From the NCBI GenBank assembly GCA_947258795.1, contig CAMYJU010000016.1, positions 21,178 through 85,177 of the forward strand: a stretch of 64,000 nt of DNA, given 5' to 3'. This document shows positions 52,860 to 64,000 of this stretch, piece by piece. Source of the DNA: an uncultured Gammaproteobacteria bacterium (GTDB taxonomy: Bacteria; Pseudomonadota; Gammaproteobacteria; DRJJ01). The notes under the pieces were generated by a model. That model had not been told where the DNA came from and did not search any database. It worked only from the letters and a program-made list of their open reading frames with translations. Position 1 is the first letter of the stretch, and each line of letters starts with the position of its first letter. Position numbers and translations under genes: made by a program.

Positions 52860-53336
52860 TCAGATGTCCAGTCCTCGCAGCAGGTTCACCATTTCAATAG
52901 CCGACAGGGCTGCCTCAGCACCCTTGTTACCCGCCTTGGTGCCGGCGCGCTCAATCGCCTGTTCTATCGTATCAACCGTCAGTACACCGAAGCTGACAGG
53001 AATATCGTATTCCAGTGAAACCGACGAAAGCCCCTTGGTACATTCACCGGCAACGTATTCAAAATGCGGTGTGCCGCCACGTATAACGGCACCTATGGCG
53101 ATAATCGCATCATACTGTTTACCGGCCGCCAGACGCTTGGTTGCCAGCGGCATTTCGAAGGCACCGGGGACACGCACAATATCCACATTCTGTTCCGCCA
53201 GGCCATGCCGCTTCAAGGTATCCAGTGCACCACTTAACAGACTCTCTACAACAAAGCTGTTAAACCGCGCGACAACAATCGCAATACGTCCTTCGCGTAT
53301 GGTCATATCCCCTTCATAAGTCTTGTACTGTTGCAT
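52860..53336 (-). CDS. ribH: 6,7-dimethyl-8-ribityllumazine synthase
   Basis: 158 aa; IAIVVARFN...GAFE motifs. Confidence 0.95.
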   Translation of the reverse strand: MQQYKTYEGDMTIREGRIAIVVARFNSFVVESLLSGALDTLKRHGLAEQNVDIVRVPGAFEMPLATKRLAAGKQYDAIIAIGAVIRGGTPHFEYVAGECTKGLSSVSLEYDIPVSFGVLTVDTIEQAIERAGTKAGNKGAEAALSAIEMVNLLRGLDI

Positions 53337-53364
53337 TATTTCATCCTGTATTTAAGTCATAAAC

Positions 53365-54486
53365 TCAGTCGGTTTCACCCTGGATATGCTCCACCACTTC
53401 CAGGTCAAACCCGGACAGTCCGTGCATAATCACCGGTGAACTCATCACACGCATACGATGCACTCCCAGGTCTGATAAAATTTGCGCCCCCACACCAAAA
53501 GTACGCAGCTCCGGTATCTGGTCGGACTCTGTGGCCCTGGTCGTCTTTTGCTGTTCCTTGCCAATATTCTGTATACGATCAATCAGGTATTGCTGGTTTT
53601 CCGGCGTGCGCAGCACGACGATCACGCCATTGCCATGCTCGGCGATATAGCGCATCGCCTGACGTAATGGCCAACTACCCCCATGGACGTGCAGATCCAA
53701 CAGATCCACCATACCGTCGCGCATGTGCACGCGCACCAGCGTATCTGTGTCGCCTGCTATCTCTCCACGCACCAGTGCGAAATGCAGCATCTGGTCAATA
53801 TGATCATGATAGGCAATCAAGCTGAATTCACCAAAGTCCGTATTAACCGTATTCTCGGCCACCCGCTCGACCGTGGTCTCGTTGCGCAGCCGGTAATGAA
53901 TCAGGTCGGCTATCGTACCGATCTTCAGATTGTGCTTTTTGGCAAACTTTTCCAGGTCGGGCCGGCGCGCCATACTGCCATCTTCATTGAGTATTTCCAC
54001 AATCACAGCAGCCGACTCCATGCCGGCCAGCCGCGCCAGGTCACAACCCGCCTCGGTATGTCCGGCCCGGGTCAACACACCGCCCGGCTGGGCCATTAGC
54101 GGAAAGATATGTCCCGGTTGCACAATATCTGCTGCAACGGCGTCTTCCGCAACAGCGGCCTGTACCGTCACTGCGCGGTCTGCTGCCGAGATCCCGGTGG
54201 TCACCCCCTGGGCGGCCTCGATCGACACCGTGAAATTGGTTGAATACTGGGTCTTGTTGCGCGATACCATCAGTGGCAAATCCAGTTGTTCGCAACGCTG
54301 CTGGGTCAGGGTCAGGCAGATCAGGCCACGGCCATAACGGGCCATGAAATTAACCGCCTCAGGCGTGACCGCAGAGGCCGCCATCAACAGGTCGCCTTCA
54401 TTTTCACGGTCCTCGTCGTCCATGATAATAACCATGCGGCCCTGCCGCATGTCTTCAATGATTTCTTCAATAGAATTTAATAACAT
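53365..54486 (-). CDS. ribBA: Bifunctional 3,4-dihydroxy-2-butanone-4-phosphate synthase / GTP cyclohydrolase II
   Basis: 373 aa; DHBP synthase N-half (RENEGDL) and GTP cyclohydrolase II C-half. Confidence 0.93.
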   Translation of the reverse strand: MLLNSIEEIIEDMRQGRMVIIMDDEDRENEGDLLMAASAVTPEAVNFMARYGRGLICLTLTQQRCEQLDLPLMVSRNKTQYSTNFTVSIEAAQGVTTGISAADRAVTVQAAVAEDAVAADIVQPGHIFPLMAQPGGVLTRAGHTEAGCDLARLAGMESAAVIVEILNEDGSMARRPDLEKFAKKHNLKIGTIADLIHYRLRNETTVERVAENTVNTDFGEFSLIAYHDHIDQMLHFALVRGEIAGDTDTLVRVHMRDGMVDLLDLHVHGGSWPLRQAMRYIAEHGNGVIVVLRTPENQQYLIDRIQNIGKEQQKTTRATESDQIPELRTFGVGAQILSDLGVHRMRVMSSPVIMHGLSGFDLEVVEHIQGETD

Positions 54487-54499
54487 CTGAAAACCTTAT

Positions 54500-55165
54500 T
54501 TACTCTTGACGACCGAGAAACCCGTGCTCAGCCAGGAATTCCTCACTCAGTCCCGATGCAGAATCTGCCGCGGCCTCACCTAGCAGCAGTCTTTCCAGGT
54601 AACGCGCGATGATATCGACCTCCAGATTAACCCGGGTACCGGCACCATAACCGTCCATAATCGTTTCCTGCAGGGTATGTGGCACGATAGTCAGTTCAAA
54701 CTCGGCGCCACTGACAGCATTCACGGTCAGGCTGGTGCCATCTACACAGATCGAACCCTTTTCAGCAATATACTTCGCCAGTTCACCCGGTGCACGCAGC
54801 CGAAATCGCTCGGCCCGACCACAGGTCTCACGGCTAATCACTTCGCCTATGCCGTCGACATGACCACTGACCAGATGACCACCCAGCCGGGTCTCGGGCG
54901 TCAGCGCTTTTTCCAGGTTGACCGGATCACCATCCTGCAGTTTACCGATACCGGTGCGCTTCAGGGTCTCGTGCGACACATCGGCCCAGAAACCATCACC
55001 AGGCAACTCAACCGCGGTCAGACAAACTCCATTCACGGCAATACTGTCGCCCAATTTGACGTCGGCCAGATCCAGCTTGCCGGTATGGATACGCAAACGC
55101 ATATCCTCACCCCGGCGCTGCCGTTCTGCCACACTGCCTGTTGCCTCGATAATTCCGGTAAACAT
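54500..55165 (-). CDS. ribE: Riboflavin synthase alpha subunit
   Basis: 221 aa; MFTGIIE N-terminus, internal duplication. Confidence 0.93.
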   Translation of the reverse strand: MFTGIIEATGSVAERQRRGEDMRLRIHTGKLDLADVKLGDSIAVNGVCLTAVELPGDGFWADVSHETLKRTGIGKLQDGDPVNLEKALTPETRLGGHLVSGHVDGIGEVISRETCGRAERFRLRAPGELAKYIAEKGSICVDGTSLTVNAVSGAEFELTIVPHTLQETIMDGYGAGTRVNLEVDIIARYLERLLLGEAAADSASGLSEEFLAEHGFLGRQE

Positions 55166-55171
55166 CTTCTC

Positions 55172-56290
55172 TCAATCACCTGCTTCGTTGCTGGCCGGGC
55201 GCGCATGAATACACAGGTCGCCACCCAGTTCACGCACTTCGGTTATATTCAGGGCCACGCGATCCGCCATATGTACCAGGCCAGGCAGATGAAAGGCACC
55301 ACGTGCCAGGTCACCCATGATATGCGGCGCGACATACAGAATCAGTTCATCCACCAGGCCCTGCTCGAGCAGACTACCATTTAGCGTAGCACCTGCCTCG
55401 ACCAGTACCTCGTTGATTTCCAGCCTGCACAATTCCTGCATCAGTGCGTGTAAATCAATCTGGCCGCCTTTTACCGGTAACACGCTGACCTGGGCCCCGG
55501 CTTTCTCCAATAACTCGATCTTCTCTGCCGATTCGGTCACAGTCATGATGCGCGTCTGCCCCGGTAGACCCAGCATGTGCGCGTTAATCGGCATGCGCAG
55601 CTGGCTATCCAATACTATCCTGAGCGGTTGTCGCCAACCCCCTTCCGGTACAGACCCGCTCAGACGAACATTCATCGAGGGGTCATCGGCCAGTATGGTA
55701 TCAATGCCTGTTAATATCGCAGAACTGCGTGCCCGCCAGTGCTGGACCTCCAGTCGGGACTGCTCACTGCTAATCCATTTACTTTCACCGCAGGCCATCG
55801 CAGTCCTGCCATCCAGGCTGATCGCCGTTTTGACCCGGATCAGCGGCCTGCCTTCACGCATACGCTTGATAAAACCCGGGTTCAGGTCGGCTGCCTGGTC
55901 TGTCAGCACACCGGTCTTTACTTCTATCCCGGCCGCTTCCAGCTGCGCGATACCCTGACCCGCGACCAGCGGATTCGGGTCCTGCATCGCCAGTACGGCT
56001 CGCTTGATACCGGCATCGACCAGCGCATCCGCACAGGGAGGTGTACGACCATGATGGCTGCATGGCTCCAGTGTAATATAGGCAGTCGCACCCCTGGCCT
56101 GGTCACCGGCATCTTGCAGCGCATTGATTTCGGCATGCGCCTGACCGGCCCGTTCATGCCAGCCTTCACCAACAACGCTGCCATCACGCACCAGTACACA
56201 TCCGACACGCGGATTCGGGTCGGTTGTGGTCAGACCCTTTTCGGCCAGCTGCAATGCAAGCCGCATGTGTTCATGATCGCCAGTCAGCAT
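55172..56290 (-). CDS. ribD: Bifunctional diaminohydroxyphosphoribosylaminopyrimidine deaminase / 5-amino-6-(5-phosphoribosylamino)uracil reductase
   Basis: 372 aa; HAEINAL and PCSHHGRTPPC deaminase zinc motifs, reductase C-half. Confidence 0.93.
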   Translation of the reverse strand: MLTGDHEHMRLALQLAEKGLTTTDPNPRVGCVLVRDGSVVGEGWHERAGQAHAEINALQDAGDQARGATAYITLEPCSHHGRTPPCADALVDAGIKRAVLAMQDPNPLVAGQGIAQLEAAGIEVKTGVLTDQAADLNPGFIKRMREGRPLIRVKTAISLDGRTAMACGESKWISSEQSRLEVQHWRARSSAILTGIDTILADDPSMNVRLSGSVPEGGWRQPLRIVLDSQLRMPINAHMLGLPGQTRIMTVTESAEKIELLEKAGAQVSVLPVKGGQIDLHALMQELCRLEINEVLVEAGATLNGSLLEQGLVDELILYVAPHIMGDLARGAFHLPGLVHMADRVALNITEVRELGGDLCIHARPASNEAGD

Positions 56291-56303
56291 TTGCCTTCAC
56301 AAT

Positions 56304-56828
56304 CTACTTGGAAACATCTTTCTGCTGGCCATTGGCCGGCAGTAATGATAGCTGGCTTTTACGCATTTCAGACGTCGGCTGTTGCTCCAGTCGCTCAATC
56401 TCTTCCCGGAAGGCATTCACATCCTCGAAGCTGCGGTATACCGACGCAAAGCGCACATAGGCCACCTGGTCCAGTTCACGCAGTTCGTTGATAACCCATT
56501 CACCCAACTGGCTTGATGCGATTTCCCGTTCACCGGTCGAACGTATCTGGTGCAGAATACGGTTAATAGCCGACTCGATGGCCTCACTCTCAACCGGCCG
56601 TTTCTCCAGCGCACGCAGAATACCGGTACGCAGTTTTTCTTCATTGAAGTCTTCGCGCACACCATCACTCTTGACCACACGCGGCATACGCAATTCAGCT
56701 GTTTCGAAAGTCGTAAATCGCTCTTCACAGGACTCACAACGCCGGCGCCGTCGCACCTGATCGCTGTTGGCAGACAGCCGAGAATCAATAACCTTGGTGT
56801 CCTGTGCACCACAGAAAGGACAACGCAC
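56304..56828 (-). CDS. nrdR: Transcriptional repressor NrdR
   Basis: 174 aa; MRCPFCG zinc ribbon, ATP-cone. Confidence 0.95.
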   Translation of the reverse strand: MRCPFCGAQDTKVIDSRLSANSDQVRRRRRCESCEERFTTFETAELRMPRVVKSDGVREDFNEEKLRTGILRALEKRPVESEAIESAINRILHQIRSTGEREIASSQLGEWVINELRELDQVAYVRFASVYRSFEDVNAFREEIERLEQQPTSEMRKSQLSLLPANGQQKDVSK

Positions 56829-56865
56829 GATTCACCTGCCTGAACTGGTCATGAGCTTTACCTGG

Positions 56866-58122
56866 TTAATCCTGGTACACCGGAAAACGCTTGCACACAT
56901 CAAGGACCTGCTGTTTAACGCGTTCGATGACCGCTTCATCCTTGATGTTGTCCATGATGTCACACATCCAGTTGGCCAGGTCGGATACTTCCTGCTTGCC
57001 AAATCCACGCGTGGTCACCGCCGGGGTACCGACGCGTATACCGCTGGTGACAAACGGTGATTGCGGGTCATTCGGGACGGCGTTCTTGTTGACCGTAATA
57101 TTCGCGGCCCCCAGCGCAGCATCCGCCTCCTTGCCGGTCAAGCCCTTGTCGATCAGGTCGACCAGGAACAAGTGGTCATCAGTACCGCCGGACACGACCT
57201 TGTAACCGCGTTGCAAAAACACATCCGCCATCGTTCTGGCGTTATCCAGTACCTGCTGTTGATATTCCCTGAACGATGGTTCCAGGGCCTCCTTGAACGC
57301 TACCGCCTTGGCGGCAATCACATGCTCCAGTGGCCCACCCTGGATACCCGGAAATACCACTGAGTTCAGTTTCTTTTCAATCTCCTCATTGGCACGCGCC
57401 AGGATCAGCCCACCACGAGGACCACGCAGGGTCTTGTGGGTGGTGGTCGTGGTCACATCGGCAATCTTGATCGGGCTCGGATACAGCCCGGCCGCGATCA
57501 GGCCGGCCACATGGGCCATATCGACCATCAGGAACGCGCCGACGCTGTCGGCAATGTCACGGAAACGCTGCCAGTCCACAACCCGCGAATAGGCGCTGAA
57601 CCCGGCCACGATCATTTTCGGTTTATGTTCTTCGGCCAGGGCGGCGACCTGCTCATAGTCAATCTCACCGGTCTCCTCATTCAGACCATACTGGACCGCA
57701 TGGTAGATCTTGCCCGAAAAATTAACCTTCGAGCCATGGGTCAGATGACCGCCGTGCGCCAGGCTCATGCCCAGCACCGTATCACCGGGCTGTAACAGGG
57801 CCATGTACACGGCGGCATTGGCCTGTGATCCCGAATGCGGCTGGACATTGGCATAATCAGCATCAAACAGCTGCCTGGCACGGTCAATTGCGAGCTGCTC
57901 GGAAATATCGACATTCTCGCAACCGCCGTAATAACGCTTGCCCGGATAGCCCTCGGCGTATTTGTTGGTCAGTACCGAGCCCTGCGCCTGCATCACGCGT
58001 GGACTGGTATAGTTTTCCGATGCGATCAGCTCGATATGTTCCTCCTGACGCAGCTTCTCGTTCTCCATCGCCTGCCACAGCTCAGGGTCGTATCCCGCAA
58101 TCGTCATATCTTTCGTAAACAT
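56866..58122 (-). CDS. glyA: Serine hydroxymethyltransferase
   Basis: 418 aa; PLP site [14 protein letters not shown]. Confidence 0.97.
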   Translation of the reverse strand: MFTKDMTIAGYDPELWQAMENEKLRQEEHIELIASENYTSPRVMQAQGSVLTNKYAEGYPGKRYYGGCENVDISEQLAIDRARQLFDADYANVQPHSGSQANAAVYMALLQPGDTVLGMSLAHGGHLTHGSKVNFSGKIYHAVQYGLNEETGEIDYEQVAALAEEHKPKMIVAGFSAYSRVVDWQRFRDIADSVGAFLMVDMAHVAGLIAAGLYPSPIKIADVTTTTTHKTLRGPRGGLILARANEEIEKKLNSVVFPGIQGGPLEHVIAAKAVAFKEALEPSFREYQQQVLDNARTMADVFLQRGYKVVSGGTDDHLFLVDLIDKGLTGKEADAALGAANITVNKNAVPNDPQSPFVTSGIRVGTPAVTTRGFGKQEVSDLANWMCDIMDNIKDEAVIERVKQQVLDVCKRFPVYQD

Positions 58123-58296
58123 CGGATTTTCCTCAAAAACTGCCTGTTTCTAGTCAGCCCGGCCTGAATCGGTGCAAACCGGGTCAATCAAACAGGGAAA
58201 GGATACCTGATTTACCGGAAAACTGCACCGAAATCCGGTATTTGGCGGGGTTATTAGCGCAACAAATGCAAGCTGCCCTGACTGCCTCGCTCCGGC

Positions 58297-59232
58297 TCAG
58301 ACCAGTGCCGAGACCACGGCTACCCAGGCCGCGGCCAGATTTTCGCGGTTATAGCCACCACCGCCCAAGGCCAGCAAGCGGCCGGCACAGTAGTGTCCGG
58401 CCAGTTCCTGTAAACGCCGCGCTGTGTGCCGGTGTGCGGCCGGGCTATAGCGCATATGGGTGATCGGATCACCAGCAATGCTGTCGGCACCGCACTGCAG
58501 CAGGATAAAATTCGGCGGATGCTGCTCCAGATGCCGCTCGACCCGCTCCCAGGCCATATAGAATGCCTGGTCATCCGCACCGGGCGCCATCGGGATATTC
58601 AGCTTGGTCCCTCGCGCCTCACCACACCCGCTTTCATCGGCCATACCGGTACCCGGGTACAGGTAACGGCCATCTTCATGCAAATCTGCAAACACCAGCC
58701 GCGGATCATCCTCAAATCCGTAAAAAACCCCGTCACCATGATGCGCATCGATATCGATATAGGCGACACGTTGCAACCCGTACTGACCCAGCAGTGTTTC
58801 AATCACCACGCCACAATCGTTAAAAACGCAAAAACCGGCCGCACCGTCGCGGCGCGCATGATGCAGGCCGGCAATCGGTACAAAGGCCTGATCGCAGTGA
58901 CCATTGATAATATCTTCCGCTGCCTTCAACACCGTGCCGACCACCGTGGCCGCAGCTTCGTAGACCCCGGGAAAGGCAGGCGTGTCGTAACCATCTAGCA
59001 TACCGACCCCGGTTTTGGACTGCTGGATGACCCGCTTGACATAGCCAGGGGTATGAAAGCGCTCTATCTCCTCGGCTGTCGCGATCACCGGCTCACTAAA
59101 ACTGACCTTGCTGCCCGCCAGGTCTTTTTGCAACGCACGCACAAATACATCATGCCGGTCCGGACCGAACGGATGATCGTCACCAAATCCATAGCGCGCC
59201 AGCGCTTCACCTGTGTAGACGCATACTGTCAT
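58297..59232 (-). CDS. Histone deacetylase family protein (AcuC/acetoin-utilisation-like)
   Basis: ORF 58297..59346, likely start MTVCVYTGE; DIDAHHGDG metal-binding motif. Confidence 0.85.
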   Translation of the reverse strand: MTVCVYTGEALARYGFGDDHPFGPDRHDVFVRALQKDLAGSKVSFSEPVIATAEEIERFHTPGYVKRVIQQSKTGVGMLDGYDTPAFPGVYEAAATVVGTVLKAAEDIINGHCDQAFVPIAGLHHARRDGAAGFCVFNDCGVVIETLLGQYGLQRVAYIDIDAHHGDGVFYGFEDDPRLVFADLHEDGRYLYPGTGMADESGCGEARGTKLNIPMAPGADDQAFYMAWERVERHLEQHPPNFILLQCGADSIAGDPITHMRYSPAAHRHTARRLQELAGHYCAGRLLALGGGGYNRENLAAAWVAVVSALV

Positions 59233-59506
59233 TGGTCTGCATGCTGCCGTTACCTGTCCGGTATGTAGTTTACAGACACGCTGTAAATACATACATGTAA
59301 GCTCGACGGCAGCATCCCTGCTGCCGACGGTCTGTACACAACACACCAGACAATTAATGTAAAAGTGAATGGTACAAGTATATGATGCGATTTATATCCC
59401 TGCATAAGAAGACCAGGCACATCTCAAACTATAACTATACACTCGCCACCCCCGACGCTTTCCAATATACTTGCCCGAATCGCGTAACCCGCTTACTGGA
59501 ATATAC

Positions 59507-61171
59507 ATGGCACAGTACATTTACACTATGAACCAGGTCGGCAAGGTCGTCCCGCCGAACCGTGAAATCCTGAAAGACATTTCCCTGTCGTTTTTCCCGG
59601 GCGCCAAAATCGGTGTTCTGGGTCTGAACGGGTCCGGTAAATCCACACTGCTGCGCATCATGGCCGGCATCGATACCGACATCATTGGCGAGGCCCGCCC
59701 GCAGCCGGGTATCAATATTGGTTACCTGCCACAGGAACCGCAACTGGATCCGGACAAGGATGTGCGCGGCAATGTCGAGGAGGCCCTGTCCCATATCAAG
59801 GACGCACAGGCACGGCTGGATGAGATCTATGCCGCCTATGCCGAGCCGGATGCAGACTTTGACGCACTGGCCAGCGAACAGGCCAAGCTCGAAAACCTGT
59901 TACAGTCCAGCGATGGCCATAACCTGGAACGCACACTGGAAATTGCCGCGGACGCCCTGCGCCTGCCGCCATGGGACGCGGATGTAACCAGGCTGTCCGG
60001 CGGCGAACGACGCCGTGTGGCCCTGTGCCGATTACTGTTGTCCAGGCCCGATATGCTGTTACTGGACGAACCGACCAACCACCTGGATGCCGAATCCGTG
60101 GCCTGGCTGGAGCATTTCTTGAAAGACTACACCGGCACCGTGGTGGCGATCACGCATGACCGCTATTTCCTCGATAACGTCGCCGGCTGGATACTGGAAC
60201 TGGATCGCGGCCATGGCATACCGTGGGAAGGGAATTATTCCTCATGGCTGGAACAGAAGGAAAAACGCCTTGAACAGGAGGAGAAAAAGGAAAGCTCACG
60301 TATCAAGGCAATGAAGGCCGAACTGGAATGGGTGCGCAGCAATCCCAAGGGCCGTCATGCCAAGAGCAAGGCGCGCCTGGCCCGCTTCGATGAACTCAAT
60401 AAACAGAACTATCAACAACGTAACGAAACCAACGAGCTGTTTATCCCGCCCGGCCCGCGTCTGGGTGACAAGGTGATCGAGGCCGACCATATCCGCAAGG
60501 GTTTCGATGATCGCCTGCTGGTCGACGACCTGAGCTTCAAGCTGCCCCCCGGTGGCATCGTTGGCATCATCGGCCCGAATGGTGCCGGCAAGACCACGCT
60601 GTTCCGCATGTTGACCGGTACCGAGCAACCCGACAGTGGCGACCTGCGCATCGGTGAAACTGTACAGCTGGCCTATGTCGACCAGAGCCGTGACGCACTG
60701 GACGACGGCAAGACCGTCTGGGAAGAAATCTCCGGTGGCCATGACATCCTGCAGGTCGGCAAACTGGAGCTGAATTCCCGCGCCTATGCCGGCAAATTCA
60801 ACTTCCGTGGTTCAGACCAGCAAAAACAGGTCGGCAATCTGTCCGGTGGTGAACGCAACCGTGTACACCTGGCCAAGTTGTTGCAAAGTGGCGGCAACCT
60901 GTTACTGCTGGATGAACCGACCAACGATCTGGATGTAGAAACCCTGCGTGCACTGGAAGAGGCCTTGCTGGAATTTCCGGGCTGTGCCGTGGTGATCTCG
61001 CATGACCGCTGGTTCCTGGACCGCATTGCGACCCATATTCTTGCCTTTGAAGGTGACAGCAAGACCGTTTGGTTTGAGGGTAACTATGCGGATTACGAGG
61101 CTGACCGCAAACGCCGACTCGGTGATAACGCCGACCAACCGCACCGGATACGATACAAAAAACTTGGCTAA
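59507..61171 (+). CDS. ettA: Energy-dependent translational throttle protein EttA (ABC-F ATPase)
   Basis: Start [17 protein letters not shown] within ORF 59471..61171; two ABC cassettes ([18 protein letters not shown]) and LSGGERRR signatures. Confidence 0.95.
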   Translation: MAQYIYTMNQVGKVVPPNREILKDISLSFFPGAKIGVLGLNGSGKSTLLRIMAGIDTDIIGEARPQPGINIGYLPQEPQLDPDKDVRGNVEEALSHIKDAQARLDEIYAAYAEPDADFDALASEQAKLENLLQSSDGHNLERTLEIAADALRLPPWDADVTRLSGGERRRVALCRLLLSRPDMLLLDEPTNHLDAESVAWLEHFLKDYTGTVVAITHDRYFLDNVAGWILELDRGHGIPWEGNYSSWLEQKEKRLEQEEKKESSRIKAMKAELEWVRSNPKGRHAKSKARLARFDELNKQNYQQRNETNELFIPPGPRLGDKVIEADHIRKGFDDRLLVDDLSFKLPPGGIVGIIGPNGAGKTTLFRMLTGTEQPDSGDLRIGETVQLAYVDQSRDALDDGKTVWEEISGGHDILQVGKLELNSRAYAGKFNFRGSDQQKQVGNLSGGERNRVHLAKLLQSGGNLLLLDEPTNDLDVETLRALEEALLEFPGCAVVISHDRWFLDRIATHILAFEGDSKTVWFEGNYADYEADRKRRLGDNADQPHRIRYKKLG

Positions 61172-61182
61172 TTCAGATGTAT

Positions 61183-61788
61183 TCAGACTAACAGTATGCC
61201 TCTGCTCTCAAGGTAGGCAGTGATTTGCTGTACACACTCTTCCAGCGGTTGCTCGCCGGTATTGAGTGTCAGCTCCGGACTCTCGGGCGTTTCATAGGGT
61301 GAGGAAATACCGGTAAAATTGGGTATTTCGCCATCACGGGCTTTTTTATAAAGCCCCTTCACGTCTCGTGATTCGCACACATCCAGTGAACAGTCGCAGA
61401 AAACCTCGATAAAATCACCACCGGCCAGATCACGGACCTTGCGACGATCTGCTCGAAACGGAGAGATAAACGCGGTCAATGCGAGGATGCCGGCATCGCA
61501 AAACAGCTTGGCCATCTCGCCGATACGGCGAATATTCTCCACCCGGTCATCTTCGGAAAAACCCAGGTCACCGCACAGGCCATGACGAACATTATCACCA
61601 TCAAACACATAAGTTGAACAACCGCGCTGGTGTAAATGTTCTTCCAGCGCATGAGCGAGTGTTGATTTTCCGGCACCGGACAAACCGGTAAACCACAGTA
61701 TGGCACTTTTGTGATTATGTAATTTTTCCCGGCGCTCCCGTGTCACCGTAGCACAATGCCAGACAACATTACTGCTCTTGTTTTCCAT
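61183..61788 (-). CDS. cysC: Adenylyl-sulfate kinase
   Basis: 201 aa; P-loop [15 protein letters not shown] motif. Confidence 0.92.
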   Translation of the reverse strand: MENKSSNVVWHCATVTRERREKLHNHKSAILWFTGLSGAGKSTLAHALEEHLHQRGCSTYVFDGDNVRHGLCGDLGFSEDDRVENIRRIGEMAKLFCDAGILALTAFISPFRADRRKVRDLAGGDFIEVFCDCSLDVCESRDVKGLYKKARDGEIPNFTGISSPYETPESPELTLNTGEQPLEECVQQITAYLESRGILLV

Positions 61789-61834
61789 GTTCTCTCCAAA
61801 TCATCAATCAGCTAGCTTGTTCCGGCATCAGACA

Positions 61835-63223
61835 CTAATGCATGCCCTTACCCATTAATATTGCCTGTGCTGTCTGCATCATTATCACAACATCAAACGA
61901 TACGCTGTATTTTTTCATGTAATACAGGTCATATTCCAGTTTGGCTATCGCATCCTTCAGCGATGAACCATATGGATAAGAAATCTGTGCCCAGCCGGTG
62001 ATACCTGGATTGACCTTGTGTCGCAGATTGTAGAACGGGATCTCACTCGAAAGTTTTTCTACAAATTGTGGCGTCTCGGGCCTGGGGCCGACAAAACTCA
62101 TCTCCCCACTGAGCACATTGATCAGCTGTGGCAGCTCATCAAGATGCACCCTGCGAATCAGCTTTCCGAGCCTGGTCACACGCTCATCATCAACCTGGGT
62201 CCAGTTTGGCTCTTCACTGGATGCCTTATTGTAATACATACTGCGAAATTTCAGTACCTTGAAAATCCTGCCGTTTTTCCCGACCCGCTCCTGCCGGTAC
62301 AACAGGGGCATCCCGGTCTCCAGCGCTATCGCCAGGGCGGTTAACAGCATCAGTGGCCAGACCAGTAACAACATCAGCAGGCTCACTATGATATCAAACA
62401 GGCGTTTACTGTATTTTTTTACCACCGCCTGACTATATCCCTCGGAAAAAATCATGCTGCTCGGATGCAGGGTTTCCAGCTTGATCCTGCGTGTCTGGCG
62501 TTCGAGGAAGTCAGACAGGTCCACTACGTATACGCCGGACATTTTGCATTCCAGCATCTCGTCTACAGGAAAGGATTTACGCCTGTCATCAATAGCAACA
62601 ACTATCTCGTCAATGTCATGCTCTTGCACGAGCTCTACCAGTGGCTTGTCCGAGTACAGTATCTTTTCATCTGGTAACAGATCGCGCTGCCCACTGACAT
62701 GAACAAAACCAACCAGCGTATAGCCTGCCTGGTCAGCCTTGCGCCGCAAACGATCAATCTCACCGGCCTTTTTTCCAGTGCCTAGCACCAGCACCCGCTG
62801 ATGCAATGCCTTGTGATCCGCAAAAAAGTAATGCAGGGTACGGAACAGCCATAGCATCAGGAATGACATGATCACGGCATAACCAAAAACCCTGCGCTCC
62901 AGTGCCAGACCCGGCAGAGCGTAAAACAGGATTGACGTTATGGTCACCGCAACCAGGGTGCTTGCCGCCAGGCGGAACACGATCCCCCAGTAATCCTCGC
63001 GCAATCCACGCCAGTACATTCCCATGACGGTCAAGGACAAATACATAACCAGAGCAAACAGCATGCCGGCAGGCAGATATGTCCAAACGTGATCAAAACG
63101 ATTGGCATCCCTGATCCCATATTTGAAAACAGGTGCGACGATAACAGCGAAAAGGATCGAGACTGACTCAAGCAGCCCGAGCAGAAAATAGGTTCCAGGT
63201 ATAAAGTGAAAAATCCTAATCAT
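61835..63223 (-). CDS. Polyprenyl-phosphate glycosyl-1-phosphate transferase (WbaP/EpsB-like bacterial sugar transferase)
   Basis: 462 aa; N-terminal TM helices, C-terminal sugar transferase domain (FKVLKFRSM...DELPQLINVLSGEMSFVGPRPE). Confidence 0.88.
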   Translation of the reverse strand: MIRIFHFIPGTYFLLGLLESVSILFAVIVAPVFKYGIRDANRFDHVWTYLPAGMLFALVMYLSLTVMGMYWRGLREDYWGIVFRLAASTLVAVTITSILFYALPGLALERRVFGYAVIMSFLMLWLFRTLHYFFADHKALHQRVLVLGTGKKAGEIDRLRRKADQAGYTLVGFVHVSGQRDLLPDEKILYSDKPLVELVQEHDIDEIVVAIDDRRKSFPVDEMLECKMSGVYVVDLSDFLERQTRRIKLETLHPSSMIFSEGYSQAVVKKYSKRLFDIIVSLLMLLLVWPLMLLTALAIALETGMPLLYRQERVGKNGRIFKVLKFRSMYYNKASSEEPNWTQVDDERVTRLGKLIRRVHLDELPQLINVLSGEMSFVGPRPETPQFVEKLSSEIPFYNLRHKVNPGITGWAQISYPYGSSLKDAIAKLEYDLYYMKKYSVSFDVVIMMQTAQAILMGKGMH

Positions 63224-63281
63224 CTAGGAACAAATCTGCCCATTTATTTGGATACCCCTGCCCACATTACTATGCCTTATG

Positions 63282-64000
63282 TCATGGCATGACAACGTTA
63301 AACGAATGCCGCCTGCCCTGGCGCATCACATCGAGCTTCATCTGGTTAGATGAGGCCAGCACCTGCATGACTTTAGTAAAGTTATTCTGATTCAGTAGCG
63401 AGATGCCGTTAATCGCGACCACCAGGTCAGATGGACGGAACCCCATACGATTATAGGTTGCACGATCCTTTACCGGGAGAATACGATAACCGGTCAACTG
63501 TCCACGCTTGTTGACCGGGACGATCTTGACCAGTTTCAACAACTCCGTACGTTGTTGACCGACAGCGGCAGGTCCCGGAGCGGGTGTGCTTCTGGCACCG
63601 CTCCTGACATCCAGCCCGCCTTGCTTGAGCTTCGGAAAACGCAAGGTCTCAAACTGACCATTGCGCATCAGGATAACATGATCCGGTAACACCTGTTGCA
63701 GGGTGGCACCCGATACCTTCTCACCAACATGGTAGAGCTTCTGGGTCCCTTTATCGCCCTCTCTGATTATCGCGTAGCCATCCTCCTTCTTGTCACCCGC
63801 GAACACACCGTTCAAGGTAAGACGCAGACTGGTGGTAGGTGCATTGACCGGCACCTTGCGCACGCTAGTGGTCGCCACCTCCGCTTTGCCAAACAGGTGA
63901 CGGCTGACAATCTGGTTGACCAATTGCCGATTATTGTTCCGGTTACCACCTTGTGCCACCGGCGCTGCCTGTTGTTGACGATCTGCCTCAGGCACCCATT
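63282..64000 (-). CDS. GspC-like protein with HR-type and PDZ domains, N-terminus lies outside the window
   Basis: Frame stays open to the window edge (the M in the ORF track is a GTG); central beta-rich HR-like segment, C-terminal PDZ (GYRILPVKDRATYNRMGFRPSDLVVAINGISL). Confidence 0.4.
   Translation of the reverse strand, partial: WVPEADRQQQAAPVAQGGNRNNNRQLVNQIVSRHLFGKAEVATTSVRKVPVNAPTTSLRLTLNGVFAGDKKEDGYAIIREGDKGTQKLYHVGEKVSGATLQQVLPDHVILMRNGQFETLRFPKLKQGGLDVRSGARSTPAPGPAAVGQQRTELLKLVKIVPVNKRGQLTGYRILPVKDRATYNRMGFRPSDLVVAINGISLLNQNNFTKVMQVLASSNQMKLDVMRQGRRHSFNVVMP

Noticed and set aside
54677-56491. 235-aa and 250-aa plus-strand ORFs inside ribE/ribD
   Set aside because: Antisense shadow ORFs of strongly supported riboflavin genes.
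58123-58296. Possible ZTP (pfl) riboswitch upstream of glyA
   Set aside because: Read the leader in mRNA sense and found no match to the pfl conserved core or pseudoknot as far as I can recall it; most likely a plain promoter/UTR. A covariance-model scan would settle it.
59233-59346. N-terminal extension of the HDAC-family ORF (MCCVQTVG...)
   Set aside because: HDAC family proteins align from MTVCVYTGE. The extra 38 codons form a hairpin-rich region (tttacag-N5-ctgtaaa; ggcagca-tccc-tgctgcc) more consistent with a 5' leader than coding sequence.
1-64000. CRISPR arrays, tRNA/rRNA genes, transposases or integrases
   Set aside because: No regularly spaced direct repeats, no cloverleaf-like sequences in intergenic regions, and no recombinase-like ORFs were seen; all sizeable ORFs are accounted for by other families.

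Overview
This window is a chromosomal segment of a gammaproteobacterium at roughly 55% GC. It is dominated by core housekeeping operons on both strands:
- nudix-hslR-bactofilin and htpG
- ffh and rpsP-rimM-trmD-rplS
- ypjD/CorC-like genes and prmB
- sco-pcuC-psd
- epmA-efp with divergent epmB
- parE-parC
- xseB-ispA-dxs and queD-folE2
- glyA-nrdR-ribD-ribE-ribBA-ribH-nusB-thiL-pgpA
- ettA and cysC

Interspersed is an unusually dense set of nucleotide second-messenger genes:
- a class II cNMP phosphodiesterase
- two small canonical PilZ proteins, one paired with a double-FHA protein
- a 616-aa protein with a C-terminal PilZ-like motif
- a FimX-like degenerate REC-PAS-GGDEF-EAL protein
- a HAMP class-III cyclase coupled to a TPR lipoprotein
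- an 1138-aa periplasmic-sensor PAS-GAF-GGDEF-EAL enzyme

Further features:
- an orphan DsrC/TusE-like protein lacking the penultimate Cys
- an EncFtn-like ferritin next to an orphan multi-TM histidine kinase
- a rubrerythrin / CCG-domain Fe-S oxidoreductase / DUF3501 triad
- a DUF1015 protein
- a retropepsin-like protease module appended to thiL-pgpA

I found no rRNA, tRNA, CRISPR array, transposase or integrase. The window's right edge cuts a GspC-like HR+PDZ protein at what looks like the start of a polysaccharide/secretion locus. I did not recognise a clearly novel defence-type system. The most promising uncharacterised material is the c-di-GMP receptor cluster at 24.8-34.2 kb, the Rbr/Hdr-like/DUF3501 triad and the protease module. 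All calls come from reading the translated ORFs; no database searches were run.
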